A DNA stretch of 64,000 nt, from contig CBDUPA010000003.1 of NCBI GenBank assembly GCA_965368975.1, positions 192,001-256,000 of the forward strand, written 5' to 3'. The DNA comes from an uncultured bacterium (lineage in GTDB: Bacteria > Acidobacteriota > Thermoanaerobaculia > Multivoradales > JAHZIX01). The notes beneath the pieces were generated by a model. It had not been told where the DNA came from. It did no database searches and was given only the letters and a program-made list of their open reading frames with translations. Shown here piece by piece: positions 21,885-31,364 of the stretch (position 1 is the stretch's first letter; the number at the start of each line of letters is the position of its first letter). The translations under genes and the position numbers were made by a program.

Positions 21885-23168
21885 TTGGAATCAGCGCGGA
21901 CGACCCAGACAGAGGCCCCGTCACGACCAGCGCCGGCTCCTTTGGATTGGCGCCGCCAGTTCGATTGCGCGGGTGGCGGCGCCGATGTGCTGTGGGTGAT
22001 GCACTGCGCCGAGGGCCCTGTGCCACGTGCCTCGGCGCAGGCGGTGTGTGACTTTCTGGAGGTCGAGACCCGGCCCTGGTTGCTCGACTGGGAAGGCGAT
22101 TTCTTGGGGCGTCCGGCCGAGGTGCGGCGACAGGCGGCACGGTTGTTTGGCGGTGAGGCAGAGGCTTATACCTTGGTGCCGACGACGTCCGCTGGCTTGG
22201 CGCTGATCGCGCAGGGCCTGGACTGGCGGCCTGGTGACGACCTTGTCGTGCCGCTAGGGGAGTTTCCCTCCAATGCCTGGCCGTGGCGGACGCTGCAAGC
22301 GCGCGGTGTCGAGGTGCGCGAGGTCGAACTCTGGGACGGCCACCGCGCCGGTCGCGAAGCCTGGCGAAGTGTGCCGCCACCGGCGGATGTCGATCCCGAG
22401 GTACGCTTGCTGGAGGCTCTCGGCCCTTCGACGCGAGTGCTGTCGGTCAGCTGGGTGCGCTTTCAGGATGGTCTGCGTCTCGATCTGCTGCGTCTGGCCG
22501 CCGGCTGCGCCGAGCGCGGCGTCTTGCTGGTCGTCGACGGTATCCAAGGGGCGGGCACGCTGCCGCTGGAGTTGGGCAGTGAAGCCCTCGCGGGGGTTGC
22601 CGCCTTCGCCACCGGCGGTCACAAGGGCTTGCTGGCGCCCCAGGGGCTTGGCGTGCTGTGGACGGCAGCGGACCTGCGCCAGCACTTGACGCCGCCGGGC
22701 GGCTGGCTGTCGGTCGAGGGTGCCACCGACTTCAGCCGTCCGTCGACTGACTTCGACCGCGGCTGGCTGGCTGGCGGCGAGCGACTGGAGCTGGGGGTGC
22801 CGAACTTGGTCGGCTGTGCCGCGCTGGCGCCGTCCTTGCAGCTGCTCGCTGACGCCGACCCGACACGCATCGCCGAACACGTCAGCACGTTGCAGGGCGC
22901 GCTCCTGCAGGCGCTCGCCGGGTCACCCTGGCAGGCGGAAGCCGAACGTCTCGACGCCTTGCGCCGGCGTGACCGCTTGGGCTCGATCTTGTCGTTCCAC
23001 CATGGTGCCAGAGGTGAGCCGGCGCTGCAGGACCTGCTACAGCGCGGTTTCGATCAGCGCCTCTATGCCTCCGTGCGCGAGGGGTACCTGCGGATTGCCC
23101 TGCACGGTTGGCATCTTGGCTCGGACATCTCCCGATTGGTAGAATGGTTGGTTGACACCCCTACTTGA
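21885..23168 (+). CDS. Class V PLP-dependent enzyme, probable C-S lyase (EgtE/C-DES-like)
   Basis: EFPSN, VVDGIQGAG and GGHKGLLAPQGLG (PLP Lys); no C-terminal persulfide Cys; divergent from egtB. Confidence 0.75.
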   Translation: MESARTTQTEAPSRPAPAPLDWRRQFDCAGGGADVLWVMHCAEGPVPRASAQAVCDFLEVETRPWLLDWEGDFLGRPAEVRRQAARLFGGEAEAYTLVPTTSAGLALIAQGLDWRPGDDLVVPLGEFPSNAWPWRTLQARGVEVREVELWDGHRAGREAWRSVPPPADVDPEVRLLEALGPSTRVLSVSWVRFQDGLRLDLLRLAAGCAERGVLLVVDGIQGAGTLPLELGSEALAGVAAFATGGHKGLLAPQGLGVLWTAADLRQHLTPPGGWLSVEGATDFSRPSTDFDRGWLAGGERLELGVPNLVGCAALAPSLQLLADADPTRIAEHVSTLQGALLQALAGSPWQAEAERLDALRRRDRLGSILSFHHGARGEPALQDLLQRGFDQRLYASVREGYLRIALHGWHLGSDISRLVEWLVDTPT

Positions 23169-23180
23169 GGCCCCTATACT
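23152..23180 (+). promoter_or_regulatory. Near-consensus sigma70 promoter for rpsA: TTGACA-N17-TATACT
   Basis: TTGACA at 23152-23157 and TATACT at 23175-23180. Confidence 0.8.
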
Positions 23181-23303
23181 CGCCGTCCCGAGTTCAAATC
23201 TACCCCCGGGCTCGGCCCCCCCTCTCAGACGCCTATTTGCAAGCTTCTTGCAAGAAGACATCGGCCGGCGTCTGAAATCCAAGCCAAGGAGGTTTCCAGA
23301 CCG

Positions 23304-25280
23304 ATGCAAACTAGTGAAGAAAATCACCAGGAGGTGGCTGTGCCAATGGGCACAGACGACTTCGGTGACATGCCCATGGAGGGCGGCGAAGCCGGAATGA
23401 GCTTCGAAGAATTGGTCCGCATGTATGACGACAGCATGCGGAATCTCGTCGAAGGCGAGGTGGTGCCCGGCACCGTGATTGGAGTCACCAGCGACGAGGT
23501 TATCGTCGATGTTGGGTACAAGTCGGAAGGCATCATTCCGATCGCCGAGTTCCGCGACCGTGATGGCCAAGTGACCATCGAGGTAGGAGATGAAGTCGAA
23601 GTCCTGCTGGAGAAGACCGAGGACGTCGAAGGTCATGTTCTGCTCTCGCGTCAGAAGGCCGAGCGGATGCGGCGCTGGAACGAGGTCGAGAAGGCCTACA
23701 AGGAAAGTCAGACGGTCACCGGCCGGATTCTGGACCGCATCAAGGGCGGTCTGACGGTCGATGTCGGTCTACGGGCGTTCCTGCCTGGCTCTCTGATCGA
23801 CATCAAGCCGGTCAAGCACCTCGAGTCCCTGAAGGGCGAAGAGTTCGAGTTCAAGGTGATCAGTCTGGATCGCCGGCGCAACAACATCGTGCTGTCGCGC
23901 AAGGCCGTGCTCGAGAAGGAACTGGAGAAGAAGAAGGCAGAGACGATTACCAAGCTCACGGAAGGCGTCCGCATGCCGGGCGTGGTCAAGAACATTACCG
24001 ACTATGGTGTGTTCATCGACCTGGGCGGAATCGACGGTCTGCTGCACATCACCGACATTTCCTGGGGCCGCGTCAACCACCCGTCCGAGCACTTCGGTGT
24101 TGGCGACGAGGTGGAAGTGGTCATCCTCAAGTTCGACCCGGAGACCGAGCGTGTGTCCCTGGGCTACAAGCAGAAGAGCGAGGATCCCTGGACCTTGGTC
24201 GACAAGAAGTACCCGATCGGCTCGCGTGTGCATGGCCGCGTGGTCAGCCTGGTCGATTACGGTGCCTTCGTGGAGATCGAGGAAGGTGTCGAGGGTCTGA
24301 TCCACGTCAGCGAGATGTCCTGGACCAAGAAAGTGGTCAACCCGTCGAAGTTGCTCAACGTCGACGACCAGGTCGAGGCGATCGTTTCCGAGCTGGACAT
24401 GGACCAGCGGCGTATCAGCCTGTCGTTGCGTCAGACCGAGCGCAATCCTTGGGAGGAGCTGGCCGACACCCTGCCGGTGGGCTCGATCATCGAGGGTCGC
24501 GTACGCAACCTGACCGAGTTCGGTGCCTTCGTCGAGATCACGGACGACATCGATGGTCTGATTCACGTCTCCGACATGAGCTGGACCAAGCGCATCAAGC
24601 ATCCTAGCGAGGTGCTCAAGAAGGGCGATGTCGTCAAGGCGCGGATCACCAACATCGACGTCGACAACCAGCGCGTTTCGCTGTCGATCAAGGAGTTCAT
24701 GCCCAACGCGTGGCAGGACTTCGTGGACAGCCATCGCACCGGTGACACCGTCGAGGGGCAGGTGGTCAACGTCACTGATTTCGGCTTGTTCATCGACATC
24801 TACGAGGGCCTGGAAGGCCTGGCTCACATCAGTGAGGTGGATGCTCCGACCAACAAACTGGACGCCTACTTCAAGAACGGTGACTGGGTGCGCGCGCGCA
24901 TTCTGCGCATCGAAGAAGGCGACAAGAAGGTCGGGCTCACCATGCGTGGTGTGCCTCAGCCCACGGCCGAGGAGATCGAGGAGTTGGAGGCCGAGGCCGC
25001 CAACGACAGCGAATCCAGCCTGCGGGACGCCATTGTGACCTCCTCCGCCGAGGACGAAGAAGCCCAGGCTGCCGCTGCCGCAGCGGAAGCTGCAGCATCG
25101 GAAGCTGAAGCACCGGCTGAAGACGCCCCTGCCGAGGATGGTGCTGAAGAGACCCCCGAGGTCGAGGCTGCAGCCGACGACGCCGAGGAAACCACCGAAG
25201 CCGACGACGCTTCTGGGGCTGAAGAGGCTTCCGAAGACGAGGCAGAGGCGGCCGACGAAGCGGAAGACAAGGCGGACTGA
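23304..25280 (+). CDS. rpsA: 30S ribosomal protein S1 with a long acidic Ala/Glu C-terminal tail
   Basis: Six S1 repeats (VDVGYKSEG, AFLPGS, DGLLHITDISW, EGLIHVSEMSW, DGLIHVSDMSW, EGLAHISE). Confidence 0.97.
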   Translation: MQTSEENHQEVAVPMGTDDFGDMPMEGGEAGMSFEELVRMYDDSMRNLVEGEVVPGTVIGVTSDEVIVDVGYKSEGIIPIAEFRDRDGQVTIEVGDEVEVLLEKTEDVEGHVLLSRQKAERMRRWNEVEKAYKESQTVTGRILDRIKGGLTVDVGLRAFLPGSLIDIKPVKHLESLKGEEFEFKVISLDRRRNNIVLSRKAVLEKELEKKKAETITKLTEGVRMPGVVKNITDYGVFIDLGGIDGLLHITDISWGRVNHPSEHFGVGDEVEVVILKFDPETERVSLGYKQKSEDPWTLVDKKYPIGSRVHGRVVSLVDYGAFVEIEEGVEGLIHVSEMSWTKKVVNPSKLLNVDDQVEAIVSELDMDQRRISLSLRQTERNPWEELADTLPVGSIIEGRVRNLTEFGAFVEITDDIDGLIHVSDMSWTKRIKHPSEVLKKGDVVKARITNIDVDNQRVSLSIKEFMPNAWQDFVDSHRTGDTVEGQVVNVTDFGLFIDIYEGLEGLAHISEVDAPTNKLDAYFKNGDWVRARILRIEEGDKKVGLTMRGVPQPTAEEIEELEAEAANDSESSLRDAIVTSSAEDEEAQAAAAAAEAAASEAEAPAEDAPAEDGAEETPEVEAAADDAEETTEADDASGAEEASEDEAEAADEAEDKAD

Positions 25281-25303
25281 GCCCGTAGCCAGGAGCCAAG
25301 CTC

Positions 25304-25594
25304 ATGACCAAGGCTGAGTTGGTAGACGAGGTGGCCCGCAACGTGGAGCTGCCGAAGAAACACGCGGAAGACATTGTCAGCACGGTGTTCGAAAGCATCG
25401 TGTCCTCGCTCCAGCGAGGGGACAAGGTCGAACTGCGTGGCTTCGGCAGCTTCCGTATCCGCGAGCGTAGCGAGCGGATGGGCCGCAATCCCAAGACGGG
25501 CGAGCCGGTTCCTGTGCCGGCCAAGCGTATTCCCTACTTCAAGCCTGGTAAGCAGCTGCGAGAGCTGCTCAACGGCTCCGAGGCTGACGGGTGA
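25304..25594 (+). CDS. ihfB: Integration host factor beta / HU-family DNA-binding protein
   Basis: MTKAELV...KVELRGFGSF...GRNPKTGE...FKPGK; follows rpsA. Confidence 0.88.
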   Translation: MTKAELVDEVARNVELPKKHAEDIVSTVFESIVSSLQRGDKVELRGFGSFRIRERSERMGRNPKTGEPVPVPAKRIPYFKPGKQLRELLNGSEADG

Positions 25595-26052
25595 CCTCAG
25601 AGGGTTCGACAGCGAATCCCTTGCCGACCACGGATCCCGAGGCACAAGGCCCACAACCGCCCGTGCCGGGTGTCGTCAAGCCGGCGCTGCCACCCTTCGC
25701 GGTGGCGGTGCTGGCCTGGCTGATCCCTGGTGCCGGGCATTGGTTGCTCGGGCGGCGTGCGCGGGCCGTGGTTTTCTGCGTTCTCATCCTGACGTCTTTC
25801 GTGCTAGGGGCCGTCCTGCAGGGTAACTTGCACCGATTCCACGCTGGCCAGCCCGTGCTCGCCATTCTCGGCACACTCGGCACGATGGGCGTGGGCCTCC
25901 CGTACTTCGTCTTGCGATACCTCTTTGGCTACCAAGGGGAGGTCGAGGCGCCGACGTTCGAGTACGGCACAGCCTTCCTGATCAGCGCTGGCTTGATGAA
26001 CCTGCTGTTGTTGCTGAATCTGTGGGATATCGCCAAAGGCTACGAGGAATGA
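25591..26052 (+). CDS. Membrane protein (DUF6677-like)
   Basis: LAWLIPGAGH motif, EYGTAFLISAGLMNLL, several TM helices; 4-bp overlap with ihfB. Confidence 0.7.
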   Translation: MTSEGSTANPLPTTDPEAQGPQPPVPGVVKPALPPFAVAVLAWLIPGAGHWLLGRRARAVVFCVLILTSFVLGAVLQGNLHRFHAGQPVLAILGTLGTMGVGLPYFVLRYLFGYQGEVEAPTFEYGTAFLISAGLMNLLLLLNLWDIAKGYEE

Positions 26053-26092
26053 GGCGGGGGAGGAGCGCGGCGCGCGCGCGCCGAGTGGTGCG

Positions 26093-26284
26093 ATGAGTCA
26101 CTTCCTGTTGATGGTCGTGTATGCCTTCCTGGTCAGCACCTTCTTGGCGTTGCTCTGGCGGCGCCAGCCAAAGGCCCAGCTGAAGCTCTTTCTGCAGTTA
26201 TTTCTGGGCATGGTGGGTGGTGGCCTGCTACTAGCCTATCTGATGTATCCCTTCCCTTCGGGGCCGCCTGCCCCGATCCCTTGA
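26093..26284 (+). CDS. Small two-TM membrane protein
   Basis: 63 aa with two hydrophobic helices, co-oriented within the operon. Confidence 0.65.
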   Translation: MSHFLLMVVYAFLVSTFLALLWRRQPKAQLKLFLQLFLGMVGGGLLLAYLMYPFPSGPPAPIP

Positions 26285-26336
26285 CGCGCTCGCGACAGGG
26301 GTCCAATCGCGAACCCGCCGAGGACGCACTGCATCC

Positions 26337-27521
26337 ATGGAATCTCGCACGCTGATGCTGGTGGCCGGTGAGGCCTCCGGCGATCTGCACGCGGCACGCT
26401 TGTTGACCGAGGTGCGCCGACAGCTGCCTGACGTCGAGCTGCAAGCCTTCGGCTTCGGCGGTGACGAACTGCGCGCGAACGGCCTTGAGATCATCGAGGA
26501 CGGTTCCCGCATCGCGGTGGTCGGCATTGTAGAAGTGCTCAAGATTCTGCCGTTGGCCCGGCAGGTCTTCCGGCGCCTGCTGGAGGAAGCCGAAGCGCGG
26601 CGTCCCGACGTCGCCGTGCTGGTCGACTTTCCCGAGTTCAATCTGCGTCTGGCGCGCGAGCTCGAGCGCCGTGGTATCCCCGTGGTCTACTACATCAGCC
26701 CGCAGGTGTGGGCCTGGCGCCGTCGACGCGTGCGGGAGATTGCGCGTGTGGTCGACGAGATGCTGGTGCTCTTTCCCTTCGAAGCCGATTTCTACCGCGG
26801 TCACGATGTGCCTGTCACGCACGTCGGTCATCCGCTGGTGGACGAGGTGCCGCAACTGCGGCAAGCGTGGGCCGAGGGGCCACCGGCCGACAAGGTCTAC
26901 CGCCTGGCATTGTTGCCGGGCTCGCGGCCGAGTGAGGTGGAGCGGAACCTGCTGCCCATGCTGCAGGCGGCAGCCTTGCTTCGTCGCGAGGTACCGCTGG
27001 CGGTGCGCCTGATCAAGGCACGGACCGTCGAGCAGAGCCAGGTGGACGAGGTCATCGAGCGCGCGGAGTTGCCGTCCGAGCTGCAGCTGGAGGTGATCGA
27101 TAGCGACCGCTTCCACGTTGTCGCCGATAGCCACCTGGCGCTGTGCGCGTCCGGCACCGCGACGCTCGAGACGGGTCTGCTCGGTACGCCGATGATCGTC
27201 GTGTACCGGTTGAGCCGTTGGACCTACCTGCTGGGACGGCTTCTGGTACGATTACCTTTCATCAGTCTGGTCAACCTGGTTCTAGACCGCAAGGTCGTTC
27301 CGGAGTTGCTGCAAGCGCAGGCCGCCCCGGCGAACATCGCGCGCCAGGCCCTGCAGTTGCTCACCCGAAACGGCGAAGTCGAGCGCATGCGGGAAGGCTT
27401 GTCCGGACTGCGCCAGGCGCTCGGTGAGAGCGGTGCCAGCCGTCGTGCTGCCGCCGCTGTCGTCGCCTGGCTGCAGCGCCAGCGCCAGCGCTCGGTCCCT
27501 GCTTCCGGAGTCTCAGCTTGA
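26337..27521 (+). CDS. lpxB: Lipid-A-disaccharide synthase
   Basis: AGEASGD, VDFPEFN, YYISPQVWAWR, VGHPL, LLPGSR, ASGTATLE. Confidence 0.96.
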   Translation: MESRTLMLVAGEASGDLHAARLLTEVRRQLPDVELQAFGFGGDELRANGLEIIEDGSRIAVVGIVEVLKILPLARQVFRRLLEEAEARRPDVAVLVDFPEFNLRLARELERRGIPVVYYISPQVWAWRRRRVREIARVVDEMLVLFPFEADFYRGHDVPVTHVGHPLVDEVPQLRQAWAEGPPADKVYRLALLPGSRPSEVERNLLPMLQAAALLRREVPLAVRLIKARTVEQSQVDEVIERAELPSELQLEVIDSDRFHVVADSHLALCASGTATLETGLLGTPMIVVYRLSRWTYLLGRLLVRLPFISLVNLVLDRKVVPELLQAQAAPANIARQALQLLTRNGEVERMREGLSGLRQALGESGASRRAAAAVVAWLQRQRQRSVPASGVSA

Positions 27522-29461
27522 GCCAAACACCCGAACACCTGGCATCCGACCAGAAGCCCTCCAGATATCCCCTGATCCAGTTCTTCTGGCAGTACATCCG
27601 GCGCTATGCGCCGTGGGCCGGTGTCGCCGTGGCCGCGATCCTGACCATCGCTGCTGCGACGGCGGTGATGATCTCCCTGATCGAGCCGATTTTCGGCGAG
27701 GTCTTGCTGGCCGACGAAGCCGAACGCCAGGAATTGCTTGGCGGTATTCCGTTTGCCGGTGGCGGTAGCGACGAGGACGACGAGAAACCCGCGTGGATGC
27801 CTGAGCAGGTGCATGCACTGCTGCAGAAGCTCGACCTGGCGGAGCATCTGCGCGCCGGCTACCAGGGGCTCAAACAGCGTTTCGACATCGGTCCGAACGA
27901 GGTCGTGTACTTCGCTCCGATCTTGTTTGTGTTCACCTATTTCGTGCGCAGCTTGGCCTTCTTTGTCAGCGGTTTCAGCTTCCAGCGCATCGGCCTGGGT
28001 GTCACTACGGACATTCGTAACGATCTCTACCGCCTGATTCTGCGCCAATCCAGCCGCTTCCATGCCGAGCACACTTCGGGCGAGTTGATGAGTCGGGTGA
28101 TCAACGACGTCACCATCATGCAGGCGGCCGTCTCCAACCGCTTGCTCGACTTGCTGCAGCAGAGCGTCACGCTCCTGGTCATGCTGGTGATGCTGCTGTC
28201 GATCCACTTCCAGCTGGCCATCATCTCGCTGGTCGTGACGCCGGTGATCCTGTACCCGATCATTCGCTTCGGCAAAGGCATCCGCGGCACCAGCCATCGG
28301 AGCCAGGAACGTATGGCCGATCTGGCGCAACTGCTCAGCGAAGGCGTGCGCGGTCACCGGGTGGTCAAGGCCTTCGGGATGGAGAACTTCGAGTTCCAGC
28401 GTTTCTTCCAAGCCACGCGCCGTCATTTGCGGGTCAACCTGCGGGCGCAAATCCTGGCCAACTTGTCGAGTCCGGTGATCGAGACCATGGCGGCGATCGG
28501 TTCGGCGGCGTTGCTGATCTATGCCGGCAAGAGCATCCGCGCGGGCACGCTGGAAGTCTCGGTCCTGGTCACCTTCCTGACCACGCTGATGCTGATGTAT
28601 GACCCGATCCGCAAGCTCAACAAGGCGAACCTGATTTTGCAGGAAGCCGTGGCGGCGTCGCAGCGCATCGCGGGGCTGATGGCGATCCCGAACGAGATCG
28701 AAGACGGTACCGGTGCCGAGCCCTTGACGACGGTGGAGCAGGGCGTGCACTTCGAGAACGTGGTGTTCGGCTACGAGAACGAGGTCATTCTCAAGGGTAT
28801 CGATCTGCGGTTGCATTCAGGACAGATCATCGCGCTGGTGGGCGCCTCGGGTGCCGGCAAGTCGACTCTGGCCAACCTGCTACCGCGCTTCTTCGATCCC
28901 GATGAGGGCCGAGTGACCATCGACGGCGTCGACATTCGGAAGCTGCCGCTGGACAACCTGCGGTCGCTGATCGGCCTGGTGACCCAGGAGACGATGCTGT
29001 TCAACGACTCGCTGCGCAACAACATCGCCTACGGACGCTCGGATCTACCGCTCGAACGCGTCCAGGAGGCCGCCGCCGCCGCCTACGCGGACGAGTTCAT
29101 CGAGACGCTGCCGAAGGGGTACGATACGGTGATCGGCGAGGCCGGTCTGAAGCTCTCTGGCGGCCAGCGTCAGCGCATCGCGATCGCGCGCGCGCTGCTC
29201 AAGAACGCCCCGATTCTGATCCTCGACGAGGCGACCTCGCATCTCGACTCGGAGTCCGAGGCGCTGGTGCAGAAAGCGCTCTACAACCTGATGCAGGGGC
29301 GTACAACGCTCGTTATCGCGCACCGCTTGGCGACGGTCACGCGCGCCGACCGCATCGTCGTCATGGCGAGCGGTCGCATTATCGAGGAAGGCACCCACGA
29401 TGAGCTGCTGCAGCAAGAGGGGGCCTACAAGCGTCTCTATGATCTGCAGTTCCGGGTGTGA
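27518..29461 (+). CDS. msbA: Lipid A export ABC transporter (MsbA-like)
   Basis: TM domain plus GASGAGKST, LSGGQRQR and ILILDEATS; coupled to lpxB. Confidence 0.85.
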   Translation: MSQTPEHLASDQKPSRYPLIQFFWQYIRRYAPWAGVAVAAILTIAAATAVMISLIEPIFGEVLLADEAERQELLGGIPFAGGGSDEDDEKPAWMPEQVHALLQKLDLAEHLRAGYQGLKQRFDIGPNEVVYFAPILFVFTYFVRSLAFFVSGFSFQRIGLGVTTDIRNDLYRLILRQSSRFHAEHTSGELMSRVINDVTIMQAAVSNRLLDLLQQSVTLLVMLVMLLSIHFQLAIISLVVTPVILYPIIRFGKGIRGTSHRSQERMADLAQLLSEGVRGHRVVKAFGMENFEFQRFFQATRRHLRVNLRAQILANLSSPVIETMAAIGSAALLIYAGKSIRAGTLEVSVLVTFLTTLMLMYDPIRKLNKANLILQEAVAASQRIAGLMAIPNEIEDGTGAEPLTTVEQGVHFENVVFGYENEVILKGIDLRLHSGQIIALVGASGAGKSTLANLLPRFFDPDEGRVTIDGVDIRKLPLDNLRSLIGLVTQETMLFNDSLRNNIAYGRSDLPLERVQEAAAAAYADEFIETLPKGYDTVIGEAGLKLSGGQRQRIAIARALLKNAPILILDEATSHLDSESEALVQKALYNLMQGRTTLVIAHRLATVTRADRIVVMASGRIIEEGTHDELLQQEGAYKRLYDLQFRV

Positions 29462-29488
29462 CGAGCAGGTGATGAACAGAGGAGCGCT

Positions 29489-30382
29489 ATGCGCAGCATG
29501 ACCGGCTTCGGCCAAGCCGCCGACAGCAACGAGCAGTACCAGGTGACGGTGACGATCCGCACCGTCAATCACCGTCACCTCGACCTCAACGTGCGCCTCG
29601 ACGACAGCTATCAGCGCGCCGAGACGCCGCTGCGCGAGCTGATCGGCAGCGAGCTGCTGCGCGGTCGCGTTGACGTGACCATCGACGTGCGGGCTCTGCA
29701 ACCGGCGACGCCACGCGTGCGCTTGAACCGGTCGCTGCTGGCGGCGTTGCAGGGTGAGCTGCGACAGTTGCAGTCGGATGATCTCGTCAGGGGCGAGCTC
29801 CAGGCCGGAGATGCCTTGCAGCTGCCGGAAGTGTTGGAGGTCCAGGTACAGGCAGCCGCCTGGACGGAGGGCGACCAGGAGTTGCTGCTGGGCGCCGCCG
29901 CCACGGCACTGGCTCAAGTGGTCGAGACGCGCCAGCGCGAGGGTTCGGCGCTGCGCGACCTCTTGGAGGCTCGCCAGCAAGGATTGCTCGACGTGCACGC
30001 ACGCCTGGTCGAGCTGCGACCGCAGGCAGTGGAGGAGATTCACCGCAACCTCCTGCGGCGCCTGCAAGACATGCTCGACGGGCCCGGCTCGGAGCGTCGC
30101 GCCCTCGACGAACAACGCCTGGCGCAGGAAGTCGCCTTGCTGGCTGATCGCTCCGACGTGGCCGAGGAGCTCGACCGCCTCAGCTCGCACTTGGGCCACC
30201 TGCAAGAGATGTTGGAGTCCGAAGGTAGCATCGGCAAGCGACTCGATTTCCTGGCTCAAGAGATCTTCCGCGAGCTCAACACCGTTGGTTCGAAGTGCCG
30301 GCACAAGGACATGACGCGCACCATGCTGGATGGCAAGGTTCTGTGCGAGCAGCTGCGCGAACAAATCCAGAACGTCGAATGA
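29489..30382 (+). CDS. yicC: YicC/YloC-family endoribonuclease
   Basis: MRSMTGFG, VNHR, EELDRL, GKRLDFLAQE..RE.NT.GSK, REQIQNVE. Confidence 0.95.
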   Translation: MRSMTGFGQAADSNEQYQVTVTIRTVNHRHLDLNVRLDDSYQRAETPLRELIGSELLRGRVDVTIDVRALQPATPRVRLNRSLLAALQGELRQLQSDDLVRGELQAGDALQLPEVLEVQVQAAAWTEGDQELLLGAAATALAQVVETRQREGSALRDLLEARQQGLLDVHARLVELRPQAVEEIHRNLLRRLQDMLDGPGSERRALDEQRLAQEVALLADRSDVAEELDRLSSHLGHLQEMLESEGSIGKRLDFLAQEIFRELNTVGSKCRHKDMTRTMLDGKVLCEQLREQIQNVE

Positions 30383-31053
30383 GTGACCCCGTGGCCCACG
30401 AACCTGCGCATCGGCCGCGCGGCACGCTGCTGATCGTGTCTGGTCCCTCCGGTGCTGGCAAAGGGACCTTGATCAACAAACTGCCCGAGGCTGGCGTTCC
30501 CGACATCGCCTTTTCCGTCAGCCATACGACTCGCGCCGCGCGGGCGGGCGAGGTCGAGGGGGACCACTACCACTTCGTCAGTGTCGATTCGTTCAAGCAG
30601 ATGATCGAAGCTGGCGAATTCCTGGAGTGGGCCGAGGTCTATGGCAACTTCTACGGCACCAGCCGGCAAGCCGTTGCCAGCCTGCTCGACGCTGGCCGCG
30701 ACGTGGTGCTGGATATCGATGTCCAGGGTGCGGCGCAGGTGCGAGCGCTGTTTCCGGAGGCTGTCAGCGTGCTGGTGGTGCCACCGAGCTATGACGAGCT
30801 ATGCCAGCGTCTGCACGGTCGCGGGCTGGATGATCCGCAGGTGATTGCGCGCCGCCTGGCCGCGGCACCGCAGGAGATCGGGCGCTACGAAGAGTACGAT
30901 CATGTTATCCTCAACGACCATGTCGAGTCGGCGAGTGGCCTGCTGGCAGCCATCCTCCTCGCCCGCCGTAGCCGTCTCGATCGCATGCATGGACGGGTCC
31001 GGGACGTCTTGAACGCCTTTCCCGACAACGAACCACAACCTCAGAATAGCTAG
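30379..31053 (+). CDS. gmk: Guanylate kinase
   Basis: SGPSGAGKGT, SVSHTTR, EWAEVYGNFYGT, LDIDVQG; ATG 30379 overlaps the yicC stop. Confidence 0.96.
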   Translation: MSDPVAHEPAHRPRGTLLIVSGPSGAGKGTLINKLPEAGVPDIAFSVSHTTRAARAGEVEGDHYHFVSVDSFKQMIEAGEFLEWAEVYGNFYGTSRQAVASLLDAGRDVVLDIDVQGAAQVRALFPEAVSVLVVPPSYDELCQRLHGRGLDDPQVIARRLAAAPQEIGRYEEYDHVILNDHVESASGLLAAILLARRSRLDRMHGRVRDVLNAFPDNEPQPQNS

Positions 31054-31086
31054 CTCACCGAGCAACGGCTCGAAGGAGACCGTTCT

Positions 31087-31350
31087 ATGGATCGATTGCC
31101 CGAAGATGTCCACAGTAAGTTTCGCTTTGTCCTGCTGGCGGCCAACCGTGCCGAACAGTTGATGCGAGGCGCACCGCCACGGGTGGACCCGAAAGACCGC
31201 AAGCTGACTAGCGTGGCTGTCGACGAGATCTCGCAGGGTGCTGTCGACTGGTCGCTGACCGATGGCAAGCCGGCGTCCGCCGAAGCTGCCGAGGTGGTCG
31301 AGGTGGCCGAAGAGGCGGCCGAGCCGGCGGCTGACGAAGCCGACGCCTGA
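31087..31350 (+). CDS. rpoZ: RNA polymerase omega subunit
   Basis: SKFRFVLLAANRAEQL..GA; conserved position between gmk and coaBC. Confidence 0.9.
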   Translation: MDRLPEDVHSKFRFVLLAANRAEQLMRGAPPRVDPKDRKLTSVAVDEISQGAVDWSLTDGKPASAEAAEVVEVAEEAAEPAADEADA

Positions 31351-31364
31351 CGAGAATCCCGGCT

